A stretch of 63,971 bases of DNA, the filler included, from Acidimicrobiia bacterium (GTDB taxonomy: Bacteria; Actinomycetota; Acidimicrobiia; Spongiisociales; CAZKJJ01), in the NCBI GenBank assembly GCA_046759765.1. It is 3 parts of 3 records of this genome, joined end to end, with 100 filler letters (N's around TTAATTAATTAA, not from the genome) between each part and the next. Parts side by side here need not be neighbours in the genome. Positions count along the whole stretch, not along the records: positions 29,296 to 58,420 come from JBHICV010000015.1; positions 58,521 to 63,971 come from JBHICV010000154.1; 1 more part is not named here. One strand, given 5' to 3'. Position 1 is the stretch's first letter. Each line of letters opens with the position of its first letter. Positions 51,891-62,351 of the stretch are shown piece by piece. The notes beneath the pieces are model-generated. The model searched no databases and was not told the origin of the DNA. It saw nothing but the letters and a program-made list of their open reading frames with translations. Both the position numbers and the translations under genes were made by a program.

Positions 51891-52636
51891 TGCCCGCCAA
51901 ACTCGAGCTAAACGACGTCCGTAAGTCGTTCGACGGGAGGACGGTTCTCCGGGGCATCGACCTCGTGGTCCACCCTCACGATGTCGTCTGTGTGATCGGT
52001 TCGTCAGGATCCGGAAAGTCGACTCTGCTCAAGTGCATCAACCTGCTGGTGCCTATCGATAGCGGACGGATCATGATGGACGAGATTGACATCACCGGAC
52101 CGAACGTAAATCCCAACCGGGTCCGCGAGTCGATGGGAATTGTCTTCCAATCCTTCAACCTGTTTCCGCACATGAACGTCTTAGACAACATCACGTTGAG
52201 TCCCCGCAAGGTCAGTGGCCTGGCCCGAGAGGAGGCCAACGAGCGTGCCCGGGAACTTCTCGAGCAGTTTGGCCTCGAGGACAAGATTGAGGAGTACCCA
52301 GATCGGCTGTCGGGTGGAGAACAGCAGCGAGTGGCGGTGATCCGAGCCTTGGCCACCGACCCAGAGGTGATGCTGTTAGACGAGGTGACCTCTGCGCTCG
52401 ATCCGGAGCTAGTGGGAGAGGTGCTGAACGTCATCCGGGGACTCAAGGACATGGGTCTGACGATGGTGGTCGCTACGCACGAGATGGGATTCGCGCGGGA
52501 TGTCGCAGATCGGGTGTGCTTTCTCGACGAAGGCGCGATCCTCGAGCAGGGTTCGCCCGAGCAGATCTTCACCAACCCTCAGGAACCCCGCACGAAAGCC
52601 TTTCTCCAGAGAATCGTTGAGTCCGGACGGATCTGA
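51890..52636 (+). CDS. Polar amino acid ABC transporter ATP-binding protein
   Basis: [37 protein letters not shown] and THEMGFA motifs. Confidence 0.94.
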   Translation: MPAKLELNDVRKSFDGRTVLRGIDLVVHPHDVVCVIGSSGSGKSTLLKCINLLVPIDSGRIMMDEIDITGPNVNPNRVRESMGIVFQSFNLFPHMNVLDNITLSPRKVSGLAREEANERARELLEQFGLEDKIEEYPDRLSGGEQQRVAVIRALATDPEVMLLDEVTSALDPELVGEVLNVIRGLKDMGLTMVVATHEMGFARDVADRVCFLDEGAILEQGSPEQIFTNPQEPRTKAFLQRIVESGRI

Positions 52637-52834
52637 GACTCGGTTCCCTGGAATGTGGGTGTTGGGGACGCGGACCGGTCCGATCATCATCCGGCCCGAC
52701 AGTCTCGAAGTGGTGCTCTACCGCGTAAACGCGCCTCACGCTCATCTGGCGATCAGACATCTCTCCGGGCGATCGTATACGGTTACGCCAAAGGGCCGGG
52801 CGCAGTAGCTCGGCGATAGTGACAGGGGGGAAGT

Positions 52835-53257
52835 GTGACGACGGTAGACCTCAAGGTTGAGTTGCAGCGCCTCTATGACGAAGTGGTCACCGAAGGAAAC
52901 CTCGATCTTATTGACGAGGTATTTCACGAGGATTTCGTCGAGCATGAAGAGTTTCCGGGGCTGCCGCCGGGCAGGGAAGGCCCCCGCGCCTTCATCACGA
53001 TGATGCGGGACGCGTTCCCGGATCTTTCAGCCACGATCGACGACATCATTGTCGAGGGCGACAAGGTGGTGACCCGGGTTCGCTTCTCCGGAACGCACCA
53101 GGGCGAGTTCCAGGGAATCCCAGCCACCGGAAGGAAGATCGACATTCAGACGATCGACATCCTCGCCTACCGCGACGGCAAGATAAGCGAGCACTGGGGC
53201 GTCACCGACCAGCTGGCGATGATGCAACAGCTTGGAGTCATCGAGGAGCCCGCGTAG
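52835..53257 (+). CDS. SnoaL-like ester cyclase
   Basis: AFPDL, EGDKV, GTHQGEFQGIPATG and KISEHW motifs. Confidence 0.9.
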   Translation: MTTVDLKVELQRLYDEVVTEGNLDLIDEVFHEDFVEHEEFPGLPPGREGPRAFITMMRDAFPDLSATIDDIIVEGDKVVTRVRFSGTHQGEFQGIPATGRKIDIQTIDILAYRDGKISEHWGVTDQLAMMQQLGVIEEPA

Positions 53258-53375
53258 CAGTCACAAGGGCGAAAACGAAGCTGTTGCGCCACGCGGCGAA
53301 AGGAGGGCGCAGCGAATCATCTTCATCGCGTTGTCGGCTGGCATTCCCGGTCAGCTAGGAGTCAGGAGGACATCT

Positions 53376-53813
53376 ATGTTCAAAGCGAACGCATCAGTGT
53401 GGATCAACCGCTCTCAGAAGGAGGTCTTCGACTACATAACCGACCCCGCCAATGACTCCCAGTGGCAGGGCCCTACCGAATCTTCCCGATGGACGTCGGA
53501 GGGCCCGCCCGGAGTGGGCTCAACCCAGGAGTCGGTAATCAAATTCCTGGGACGTAAGTTCGAGTCCACCCTCGAGATCACGAGCTGGGATCCACCCAAC
53601 AGCCAAGGATTCAAAGTGACCAAGGGACCAGTTCCGTTCGAGGGGACCGTGGTGCTTGAGTCGACGGGTGAGATCGGAACCCAAGCGACCGTAGAAGTCG
53701 AAGGCGAACCCGGCGGGTTCTTCAAGCTGGCGGAGGGCTTGGTCGGCAAGCAGATCGAGAAGCAGTTGGACACCGATTTCAACGCTCTGAAGCTGCTGCT
53801 GGAGGCCGAATAG
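53376..53813 (+). CDS. SRPBCC family protein
   Basis: AGGAGG RBS; VFDYITDPANDSQWQ; ends LKLLLE. Confidence 0.88.
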   Translation: MFKANASVWINRSQKEVFDYITDPANDSQWQGPTESSRWTSEGPPGVGSTQESVIKFLGRKFESTLEITSWDPPNSQGFKVTKGPVPFEGTVVLESTGEIGTQATVEVEGEPGGFFKLAEGLVGKQIEKQLDTDFNALKLLLEAE

Positions 53814-53965
53814 AGCTCGAGCTTCGTCCTCGTTCGTAAAAAGGCGACGGCAAAAGTCGCTCGCCTGGCGGCTGGCTAAGGTCGGCCGCATCGGCCAGCT
53901 GCCGGCCATGGCGCCCGTCCGCCGCCTAGGTTCAAGGGATCTCGCCGACAGGAGAAGGAGTCAGC

Positions 53966-54424
53966 ATGGCGCCGATCGTCCACACCGTTGAGATCGACAG
54001 GGCCCCCAAGGAAGTGTTCGACTACGTGACCGACCCATCTCGATTCACCGAGTGGCAGGACACCGTCAGTAGCGCTCGCGCCGAGAGCAGCGGGGCTCTG
54101 GAGAAGGGTTCCCGCATCGTCATGACGCGCGTCATGCCGGGTGGACGCGAGCAGACCATGACCAGCGAGTACATCGAATTCGACCCACCGCGGACCTATT
54201 CGTCTCGGGTGATCGACGGCCCGGTCCGGGCGTTCGGAACAGGAACCCTCGAGTCCATCGGCGAAGGGAATCGCACCCGCTTCACCATGGAACTCGACTT
54301 CGAGGGCCATGGAATCGGAAAGCTTCTCGTGCCGTTGGTGGTGCGCCGGGGAGCAAAGAAGGAGCTGGATCAGAGCCACCAAGGTCTGAAAAGAGCACTC
54401 GAGGCAAGCCCCGAAGGGGACTAG
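53966..54424 (+). CDS. SRPBCC family protein
   Basis: AAGGAG RBS; VFDYVTDPSRFTEWQ; LKRALE. Confidence 0.88.
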   Translation: MAPIVHTVEIDRAPKEVFDYVTDPSRFTEWQDTVSSARAESSGALEKGSRIVMTRVMPGGREQTMTSEYIEFDPPRTYSSRVIDGPVRAFGTGTLESIGEGNRTRFTMELDFEGHGIGKLLVPLVVRRGAKKELDQSHQGLKRALEASPEGD

Positions 54425-54446
54425 TAGAACGGAACTGACCGCGGAC

Positions 54447-54501
54447 GTCGAGGCGAACCTGGCGCTTTCTTCAAGCTGGTCGGAGGGATTGGCCGGCAAG
54501 C
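54447..54501 (+). pseudogene. Decayed fragment homologous to the 3' part of the first SRPBCC gene (53697-53751)
   Basis: gtcga-ggcgaacctggcgctttcttcaagctggtcggagggattggccggcaagc aligns to gtcgaaggcgaacccggcgggttcttcaagctgg-cggagggcttggtcggcaagc with two indels. Confidence 0.75.
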
Positions 54502-54550
54502 CCCGTGCCACACGCCGTCGCGGTAGCCAGGGCCACCGAGACAAAGCGGT

Positions 54551-54844
54551 TCAGAGAATCGGGATCGCTGAGCTCTGATTGGCTACTTCCACGTATTGGG
54601 CGGGATCGGGAGACAGCTCAGCCCGTTCCGGTGACCCGTAGTACTCGCGGTCCGCGGCCTCGAAGCCTTTGGGATGGTCATGGCCGATGATCCACACGAA
54701 CTCATCTGTTTCCTCGATCACCCACGCCCCGCGGAACTCGAATCCGAACTTCTTCCGTAGCGGAACAACGCCGTCGGTCCATGCTTCCACGAACTCGGAC
54801 ATCTTCCCTGCCTCGATCTGATATCTGCGTAGCTGATACTCCAC
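54551..54844 (-). CDS. NIPSNAP family protein
   Basis: YQLRRYQI, FVW and YYGSPER motifs; AGGAG RBS. Confidence 0.85.
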   Translation of the reverse strand: MEYQLRRYQIEAGKMSEFVEAWTDGVVPLRKKFGFEFRGAWVIEETDEFVWIIGHDHPKGFEAADREYYGSPERAELSPDPAQYVEVANQSSAIPIL

Positions 54845-54912
54845 GTCTGTCTCCTACACGGTTCACCGAGAGTCAAGCAGCGCATGGGTGCCGCCGACAT
54901 GGCTGGTTCGGC

Positions 54913-56318
54913 CTAAGGGTCGGTCCCGGACGCGTCGACGCCCCATGGATCGAAGGGCCACTCCGCGTCGTCTGGTCTGAAGTCGTCGTGGAAGAACTCG
55001 AAGTCAACCGCCCTGGCGAACAGGGTCAGCGAACTATCGGGGTCGTCGCAAACATCGGCAGCGGTCCAGGCCGAACACGGTGCTCGCCACTCCACCCAGA
55101 TGTCGTAGCGACCAGGCGGCAAACCGTCTGGGAACTCGTGGACGAACTCGTCGCACGGGAGGGGTTCCGTCTGCTCACGGAAGCCGGGACCACACGAGTC
55201 GCTGGCCACTCTGACCAGGTAATCGCTGGTGAAGCGGTACGTCTGGTCGAGCTCGAACGGGCCGTCGGCTAGTGGCGGGCCCTGCCTTCTTGTCACGTAG
55301 ACCTCGACATCGAAGTCGGGGGGAATGCCCGAACCGAGTGGAGCCTCTTCGCCGTTGACGAAGCCCTGCCGGATATGGAACGGCTCGTGCGCCAGCCACA
55401 CCCCCGTTATCTCCTCAAGCTCCGGATGCACCATGAAGGTCGAGTACTCCAACGGAAACCCTCCCGGCGTCAGGAACCGCAACCGAGGCGTTGGTGGTGG
55501 CGACTCCAGCACCGGTAGCGGGAGGTTGCGTTGGTCGGCGTGGATGTAGCTGCCGGCGGGCGCAGCAGGGCTCTGGAGTCTGCCGGAGAAATCGAGCACC
55601 TGGCGAGCGAACTGAGTGGCCGCTGCTTCGCTCTGTTGAGCCGCTGTCCACCCGCGTAGATGGCGGCTCCGATAGCGACCACCGCCAACAGAAGGAGAAC
55701 GATCCCTGCGGCCCAAGCCGTTCGGATCGTGCGGCGGTGCTGGGTCACCTCCTCTGACTCCAACTCGTCCTTAGCGACACCACGGATCGCCGAGGCGATG
55801 TCGGCGACCCCCGCCCGAAACGAGGCGTTGTTCAGGCCGAGCTGGTGCTCACTGCGGGCAAACCGGAAGTCCACCCAGCGGGGCTCAGCGGAAAACGCAC
55901 CGTGTAAGGCGGGTGGCGCAGTATCGGAGACGATATCGTCGTCAGCCCAGGAGAACTCGCCTTCGGTGAGGACCGGGATGATCCGCTCCGGATCCTTGTG
56001 CTCGAGCCAGTACTCGACCTCCCGGTTCACCCACTCCGATTGAGCAGCATCACGCGAAAGCAGCAGCACAAACCAGCCCGACTGGTCTAACGCCTTGGTG
56101 ATCGATGACCACAGATGCGGATTCGCCGACAGCGAGGCTTCGTCCCGGAAAATGCGTAAGGCCCGGCGTTTCCACCACGGCTTCGCGAACCGCTGCAACC
56201 CCGCCTGCAGACGTGGCGCCAGCAGATCACCGGCGGCATGGCTGTAGGACATGAAGCCGTCATAGACGACCCCTACCGGTGACTCGGGAGCCTGCCGTCG
56301 CTCCTCGGCCGTGTCCAT
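54913..56318 (-). pseudogene. TIR-domain / transmembrane / ectodomain protein, frameshifted near 55640
   Basis: TIR motifs YDGFMSYSH, IFRD, SEWVNREVEYW, then a TM helix. The coding-like frame switches right after the TM (…GGQR to AQQSEAAATQFARQ…) and runs to TAG at 54913-54915. Confidence 0.75.
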
Positions 56319-56481
56319 CGCACCCTCCTATGGACCGGTCCGAAGCGGATTCTGGCAAATGCCACTTGCGGGCGCTCCCGTCGACACGAAACACCAGCTC
56401 AGGGTTCGTGGTTGGCTGCTCCCCCGTCTGGCGAGCTCTTCTGCTGAGGGCGGCTGTGCGGCCCGATAAGGTCGCCCCGCA

Positions 56482-57270
56482 ATGGACGAGAGGCTCCAAC
56501 GGCGACTTGTCGAAGCTGGTGTCGACCCGACCCACATAAGTAACCCGGCTGAGGCGTGGCAACAGCTATTCGAGCTGTTCGGATTGCGAGCCACGCTGAT
56601 CGATAGATACGACATCGAAGCGGCCTATCGGGGTATGACGCCTGCCGAGTTTTCGGAGTCCGATCGCCAGAGCATGGCCGACGAGGTTCTGACGGCCCGA
56701 TATCCGGGTATCGAGCTGATCGGCTCCCCTAGCGGCGACCCGGTGCAGGTGGTGGCTTACGACGACGGCTGGCCCCAGGTGTTCGCTTCATGGCGGAAGC
56801 GCCTGTCCAGCGTATTAGGAGAAACCGCGATAGCGATCGAACACATCGGGTCTACTGCACTGCCAGGTCTAGCAGCCAAGCCCGTCGTCGATATCCAGGT
56901 AGCCGTCCCCAACGTTGGAGCCGAGAAGACATACGTTGCAGCCATCGAATCATTGGGGGTCCCGCTGCGGTCGAGAGAGCCGGACCGCCGCTACTTCCGC
57001 CCCACACCAGGTACCCCTCGGGTGGTCCAGATCCACGTGTGTACAGCCGGAAGCGACTGGGAACGAATCCACCTTCTCTTCCGCGACTACCTACGGGAAC
57101 ATTCCTCCATCCGAAGCCAGTACGCAGCCCTCAAACTCGAACTAGCCGACCGCTACCGCAATGACCGCCTCGCCTACAACGAAGCCAAAACCGGCTTCAT
57201 TCTCGACGCCATCCAGGCAGCTGAAGAGTGGTCAGAACAAACCGGCTGGACCGTAAAGCCCAATCCCTGA
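56482..57270 (+). CDS. GrpB family nucleotidyltransferase-fold protein with an N-terminal extension
   Basis: IEHIGSTALPGLAAKPVVDI, HLLFRDYLR, YAALK and YNEAKT motifs. Confidence 0.88.
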   Translation: MDERLQRRLVEAGVDPTHISNPAEAWQQLFELFGLRATLIDRYDIEAAYRGMTPAEFSESDRQSMADEVLTARYPGIELIGSPSGDPVQVVAYDDGWPQVFASWRKRLSSVLGETAIAIEHIGSTALPGLAAKPVVDIQVAVPNVGAEKTYVAAIESLGVPLRSREPDRRYFRPTPGTPRVVQIHVCTAGSDWERIHLLFRDYLREHSSIRSQYAALKLELADRYRNDRLAYNEAKTGFILDAIQAAEEWSEQTGWTVKPNP

Positions 57271-57482
57271 CCAGCGCGGGTCCCCAAAGGACACACCAAG
57301 AGTCTCTCCTCAACCTATACACACCAAACGCACAGGTGTGGGGCGGCCCGGCTCGTTACTGCAGCTGGTTAGTCGTTGAGGCGGGGGACATCGCGGGATC
57401 GCTAGATCAGCCGAGCTCACAAGTGCCTCGGCTAGCGCCTAAGTGCAGCCGATATGCGCTGTCGGGCTCGGGCGAGTCGTCC

Positions 57483-58420
57483 CTAGGTATTAGCCGAGGG
57501 TTGAGCCACCGAGTAGAGCTGCCACTGGCCCTCGATACCTTTGAGACTGTGAGTTCCGCGGTCTTGGAAGGCAATGTCGGAGCCGATGACCAGGTCTTTG
57601 ACGGTGTTAGAAACCAGGATCTCGCCGGCGGCCGCGGCGGCCATGATCCGGGCTGCCAAGTGAACTGCAATACCACCGACATCGTCATTGCGGACCTCAA
57701 TTTCCCCGGTATGAATGCCGGTCCGTATCTGGATGTCCGTTTTGGCCAGCTCGTTCTGGAAAGCGACTGTGCTTCGTATCGCCCGGCCCGGTCCGTCGAA
57801 CGTGGCCAGGATCCCGTCTCCGGTCGTCTTGACCAGCCGCCCGGCGTATGCCGCGATGACGTCGTCAGCCAGCGTGTCGTGCAGGTCGAGTACAGCCGTC
57901 CAGCCACGGTCGCCAAGTTGCTCGGCTTTCCCAGTGGAATCGACAATGTCGGTGAAAAGCACCGTGGAGAGCTGGCGATTGCTGGGCGCTTCCCTTCGTA
58001 TACCAGTGAGAAACTCCTCAATCGCATCGAAGGTCTCCTGCGAATGCTCAAAGTAGGGAACAACATCGCGGCCCGGCAGCTCCACCAGCCGGGACCCTTC
58101 GATGTGGTCAGCGATGTACTTCCCCCAGGCCAGCGGCACAAACTCGTTCTCAGGAAAATGAATCACCAGGGTCGGCACCGTGATCGACGGGAGCAAGGCA
58201 CGGGCGTCCGTCTCCTGGGCGGCTTCCTGGTACTTCTGCATCGCTCCCGGGCTGGTGATCGACCGTTCCAACTTGGCGTACCAGGCCCGGAGCCGCTCGT
58301 CGCCGGCGCGGCTGGGAACCACCAAGTCGAACGCCTCTCCGGTCCCCCATTTCTCTCCGAATCGGGCCTGAGCCTCTTCGAGCTGCTGACGGGACCACCC
58401 CATCGGGTAGTCGTCGGCCT
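57483..58420 (-). CDS. Alpha/beta-hydrolase fused to a class III nucleotide cyclase (Rv1900c/LipJ-like); 5'-truncated
   Basis: VPTLVIH; VLFTDIVDST, KTTGDG, GIHTGE and AVHLAARI motifs. Confidence 0.9.
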
Positions 58421-58520
58421 NNNNNNNNNNNNNNNNNNNNNNNNNNNNNNNNNNNNNNNNNNNNTTAATTAATTAANNNNNNNNNNNNNNNNNNNNNNNN
58501 NNNNNNNNNNNNNNNNNNNN
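58421..58520. other. Artificial contig linker
   Basis: N-run containing TTAATTAATTAA. Confidence 0.97.
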
Positions 58521-58852
58521 AAGCGGACCGCCGACGAGTGGAACGGGTGCAGACCGGTGGCCTCCATCCGGAGCGCCAGCATCGCGACGACCACCTTCTG
58601 CAGCTCACCCTGGAACCAATCGCCCCGCAAGGTCATCACCCCGTCTGCGTAGTTGATCGTTTTCTCGGTCGCATCGCGATCCCAAACGACGTCCGGCGCC
58701 GGCAGCGTCACCGTGGAGCTGATGTCCACCGCGGCCAACCGATAGTCGAGGAAGGTCGTGTCGGCGAGGGCCGCATCCACCGGCACACTGCTGTATACGT
58801 CGACGCGGATCCGTCCGGTTCCGGCGGTCATCTCTTGCGACAGCTGCAGCAT
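58521..58852 (-). CDS. Hypothetical protein, 3'-truncated; possibly an HprK-related P-loop kinase
   Basis: GAAAGGA RBS; ends GLHPFHSSAVR at the gap, similar to the H-[AS]-S-A-V segment that precedes Walker A in HprK-like kinases. Confidence 0.6.
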
Positions 58853-58891
58853 CAGGTTCCTTTCAGCCGAACGACTAGGCGCGCCGCGCGT

Positions 58892-59854
58892 TCATGTCGT
58901 GATCGGCCGTGACTGGAGCAGAAAGACCTCGTCTCCCTCGATCGCCCACTCCACGTCCTGGGGAGTGCCGAAGACGTCCTCGAGCAGCCGACCCAGCTCC
59001 GCGAGGCGAACCAACTCCTCCTCGGATAGCACCGGACGAGAGGCCTTCGCCGGGTCCACCGGAACCTCCTCAGTTCCGCCGTCCAAGGAAAGGACAATCT
59101 CAACTTTCTGTTCGGCGACGTGCCGCCGCTTCAATCGTCCATCACGCTTGATGATGTAGTGGTCGGGAATGACCCGGCCGGAGACGACGCCTTCACCAAG
59201 GCCCCAGGCGCCCTCCACCACCATCTGGTCGCGCCGCTGGCGGATCGGGTCTGTGGTGAACAGCACTCCGGCCTTATCCGGGTTCAGGAGGCGTTGGACG
59301 ACCACGGCCATGCCGAGGTCGTCGAGGGAGCTCTTGAGACGACGGTAGAAGAGTGCCCGCTCGGCGAAGAACGATCCCCAGCAGTCACCGACGCGGGCCA
59401 CAACCTGGTCGGATCCGCGCACGTTGAGGTAGGTCTCCTGCTGTCCTGCGAAGCTGGCGGCTTCGGCGTCCTCGGCACACGCGCTCGATCTCACCGCAAC
59501 CGGGGCTCCGGAGAACTGCTCGTAGGCGGCGCGGATCTGGTCGGCGATCTCCCCGCGGGGTGGGGATTCATGCACGATCGTCTGAAGTTCGGGCGCGATC
59601 GAAGCTGCGGCTGTGTCCGAATCGATCTTTCCGAGCAGGTCCCGAACCTGGGACTCCGATCCCCAGTCTCGGAGCGCAACCTCAAGCGCGTCGGCACGCA
59701 CGACAAAGCCAGGGGGGACGGGCAGGCCCCGCTTGGCCATCATCGCCAGATTCGCTCCCTTGCCTCCCGCGATCTCAGTGAGGCCGCAGTCGGGATCCTC
59801 GAACCAGAAGACCCATGGTCCGTTCTGGGCCGACGCTCCCGTCGAAGTGGTCAT
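58892..59854 (-). CDS. Stand-alone PEP-synthase/PPDK N-terminal ATP-grasp subunit
   Basis: GGKGANL, VPPGF, VAVRSSA, SFAGQQETYLN, WGLGEGVVSG, DVEWA and LQSRPIT motifs. Confidence 0.93.
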   Translation of the reverse strand: MTTSTGASAQNGPWVFWFEDPDCGLTEIAGGKGANLAMMAKRGLPVPPGFVVRADALEVALRDWGSESQVRDLLGKIDSDTAAASIAPELQTIVHESPPRGEIADQIRAAYEQFSGAPVAVRSSACAEDAEAASFAGQQETYLNVRGSDQVVARVGDCWGSFFAERALFYRRLKSSLDDLGMAVVVQRLLNPDKAGVLFTTDPIRQRRDQMVVEGAWGLGEGVVSGRVIPDHYIIKRDGRLKRRHVAEQKVEIVLSLDGGTEEVPVDPAKASRPVLSEEELVRLAELGRLLEDVFGTPQDVEWAIEGDEVFLLQSRPITT

Positions 59855-60555
59855 TCGATGGCGTCCCGCTCCGTCCGCTCATCCGCGGCGGCCAGTCGAC
59901 CCCTGATCTCAGCCGCCTCGTCGAGATGCTGGCGCATCGCGGACGACGCCGCCTCCGGATCGTGGGCCTTCAGGGCGTCGAGGATTTCGACGTGCCGTTT
60001 GGCAAGCCACGTGAGATCGACCCCTGGCACCGTGGTCGTCAGATAGGTCTGACTGAAGGGCTCGAGGAGCTTCCAGGTCCTCTCCAGCGTCTCGTGTCCG
60101 GCGGCACTGACGACCGTCGCATGGAACTCCGCGTTCTTGTGCGTCTGCTCCGGCGCATTGCCGCTCGCGGCGCAGTCGAGCATCTCTTCGAGGAGTAGCT
60201 CGAGCTTTTCGAGGTGTTCGTCCGAGATCTTGAGGGCGGCTTGCTCGGCGGCGAAGGCCTCCAGCACACCGCGCACTTGCACCGCTTCGACCAGTTCTTC
60301 TCGGCTCGGCTTGCGAACCGACGCACCGCGGTGTGGACGCATCTCGACAAGGCCGAGACTGGCGAGCGACCGCAGGGCCTCGCGCACCGGTGCCTGGCTG
60401 ATCCCGAATTCACGGGCAACCCGGGTCTCGACGATGCGAGACCCGGGTTCTAGGTCACCTTCCACGATGCGCTTGAGCAGGCGGTCCTTCACCTGCTCAC
60501 TGAGCACGCTGCGTTCGACGAGCTGCTCGGGAGCGTTCGTGGAATGGGTGGTCAT
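59851..60555 (-). CDS. GntR family regulator (FCD domain)
   Basis: HTH LSEQV...FGISQAPVREAL; NAEFH, H..I and MRQHL FCD motifs. Confidence 0.93.
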   Translation of the reverse strand: MTTHSTNAPEQLVERSVLSEQVKDRLLKRIVEGDLEPGSRIVETRVAREFGISQAPVREALRSLASLGLVEMRPHRGASVRKPSREELVEAVQVRGVLEAFAAEQAALKISDEHLEKLELLLEEMLDCAASGNAPEQTHKNAEFHATVVSAAGHETLERTWKLLEPFSQTYLTTTVPGVDLTWLAKRHVEILDALKAHDPEAASSAMRQHLDEAAEIRGRLAAADERTERDAIE

Positions 60556-62351
60556 CAGGCGAGCAGATCCGATTCCGGCTGCTCGCGCTCCTGATAGTCG
60601 TCGGCGAGGATCTCGACGATCCCGGTCGAGCCGTTGACACGGACTTGGTTACCCGTCCTGATCTTGCTCGTGGCCACCGAGGTACCGATCACCGCCGGAA
60701 TCCCGAACTCGCGGGAGAGCACCGCCGGGTGCGATACCGTGCCGCCGGCATCGGTGACGAGACCGCTGATCTTCGTGAACAGCACCACCCAGGCGGGGTT
60801 CGTCATCTGGCATACCAGGATGTCGCCCTTTTCGACCTGATCGAATTCGTCGATGGACAAGACGACCTTGGCGGTGCCCTGGATGACTCCCGGAGAGCCA
60901 GCCAGGCCGGCGATCTGATCCTCCGCCTCGGGCTGCTCGATGTAGAGCTTGTCGGGGAACCCCCACAGTCCCAGGTACGGGAAGTCGAGATGCGCCTGGG
61001 TTGCCGTTCCGATCCAGTCCCGTGGACGGATCTCGTACGACGCTTCTCGTTCGTCCTTCCGTTCCGAGATGATGCTCCGGGCATCGAAGCCCTCCGGATC
61101 CGCCATGAACACCCTCAGCTCGTTGTACTTGAGGAACACAACGTCGTCCGGATCGTCGAGCGCACCCATCTCCACCAGCTTCCGCCCGATGCAGATGAGA
61201 ACCAGGCGCAAGTGCGCGTTGGTCCCCTGGTCGATGTAGAAGTGATGGTCGGGCGTCAGCGGAGCCATCTTCAGGTTGTATCCGTTGGCGACCTGCATCT
61301 TCTCCAGCGCCTCGCCCTCGAGGCCCTCGACTAGCTCCTAGCTGGCGGCGCCGATGTCGTCGGCCAGCCTGGCCACCGTGGAGGGGTAGTCGTAGTCAGT
61401 CTCGAGATAGCCCTTCACGAGCTCGAGTACCGGCGCTGCCTCCTCGAACCTGGTCGGGAAGGCGAACTCATGGCTCCACACTGCATGCCAGCCGAACTCT
61501 CGCTGGTACGGCTTCACCCGGTCCTCCATGAACTGACGCCCGCCCTCCGAGTCCTTCAGGGCCACGAGCACGTCGGTGCCGGTCTCCCGGTCGAAGAGCT
61601 TCGACAGCTCGGGGTCGCTCTTGACCTCCTCCTTCATCTTCCACAACGCCTCGATCGAGTCCCAGTTGCGGTCCTCGGCCGAGTTCTGCAACCGTCCGAG
61701 CAGCTCCTCGTCAACCTCGCCGCGGGTCTCTTCCGATACCGCACGCAAGTTGAGCGTGGCAGAAAGCTGGGAGAAGTTGAGCATCCAGTGGATCTTCCAG
61801 TGCCGATCGTGGATGTCCATCGCGTCCTCCAGAATGGTTGCCCACTCCATGAGGCTGATCTCCTCCCACCGGTCGATCTTGTCTTCCAGGTAGTCGAAGT
61901 TCCGGCGCATCTCCGGCACGAGTCGATCCCTCCACCAATCGGCGAAGTGCTCGCCGTAGGTGGGCAGCACCGCACCCAGGTAGGTGTTGATCTTGGAGGC
62001 ATACTCCGGATCGTCAATCGGAACGCGCGCCGCGTAGCGGTTGGCGTACTCCATGCCGTCCACCTGTGACGACGGATCCGCCGGCACCGCCGCGGTGTAG
62101 AGGTAGCCGTTGACGTTCTTCGCCAGCCAATCCGAGGCGAACGGCGTGCCGAAGCGCCGGAACATGTGGTCACACGTCAGCCACCAACCGCCGATGTCGA
62201 AGTACATCGGGGAGAGCGGCTGAGGGCAGTGCAGGTCGTCGTAGACCCAGAACAAGCCCTTCTCGGCCTCGGAGTCCCACTCAACGGGAAAGCTCTCGTC
62301 GCCGAGGAACTGCTTGATGATCTCGTTGGTGTCATCGCTCACAGATTCCAT
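60555..62351 (-). pseudogene. PEP-utilizing enzyme (substrate-binding plus His-swivel domains, PpsA/Rph-like) interrupted by an in-frame TAG at 61338-61340
   Basis: One continuous 598-codon frame: FWVYDDLHCPQPLSP ... IGAAS*ELVEGL ... TPDHHFYID ... GGTVSHPAVLSREFGIPAV; AAGGAGG RBS. Confidence 0.85.

Noticed and set aside
53258..53375. Possible c-di-GMP riboswitch (GCGAAAA...GCGAAAG) upstream of SRPBCC
   Set aside because: I could not build the conserved two-stem architecture.
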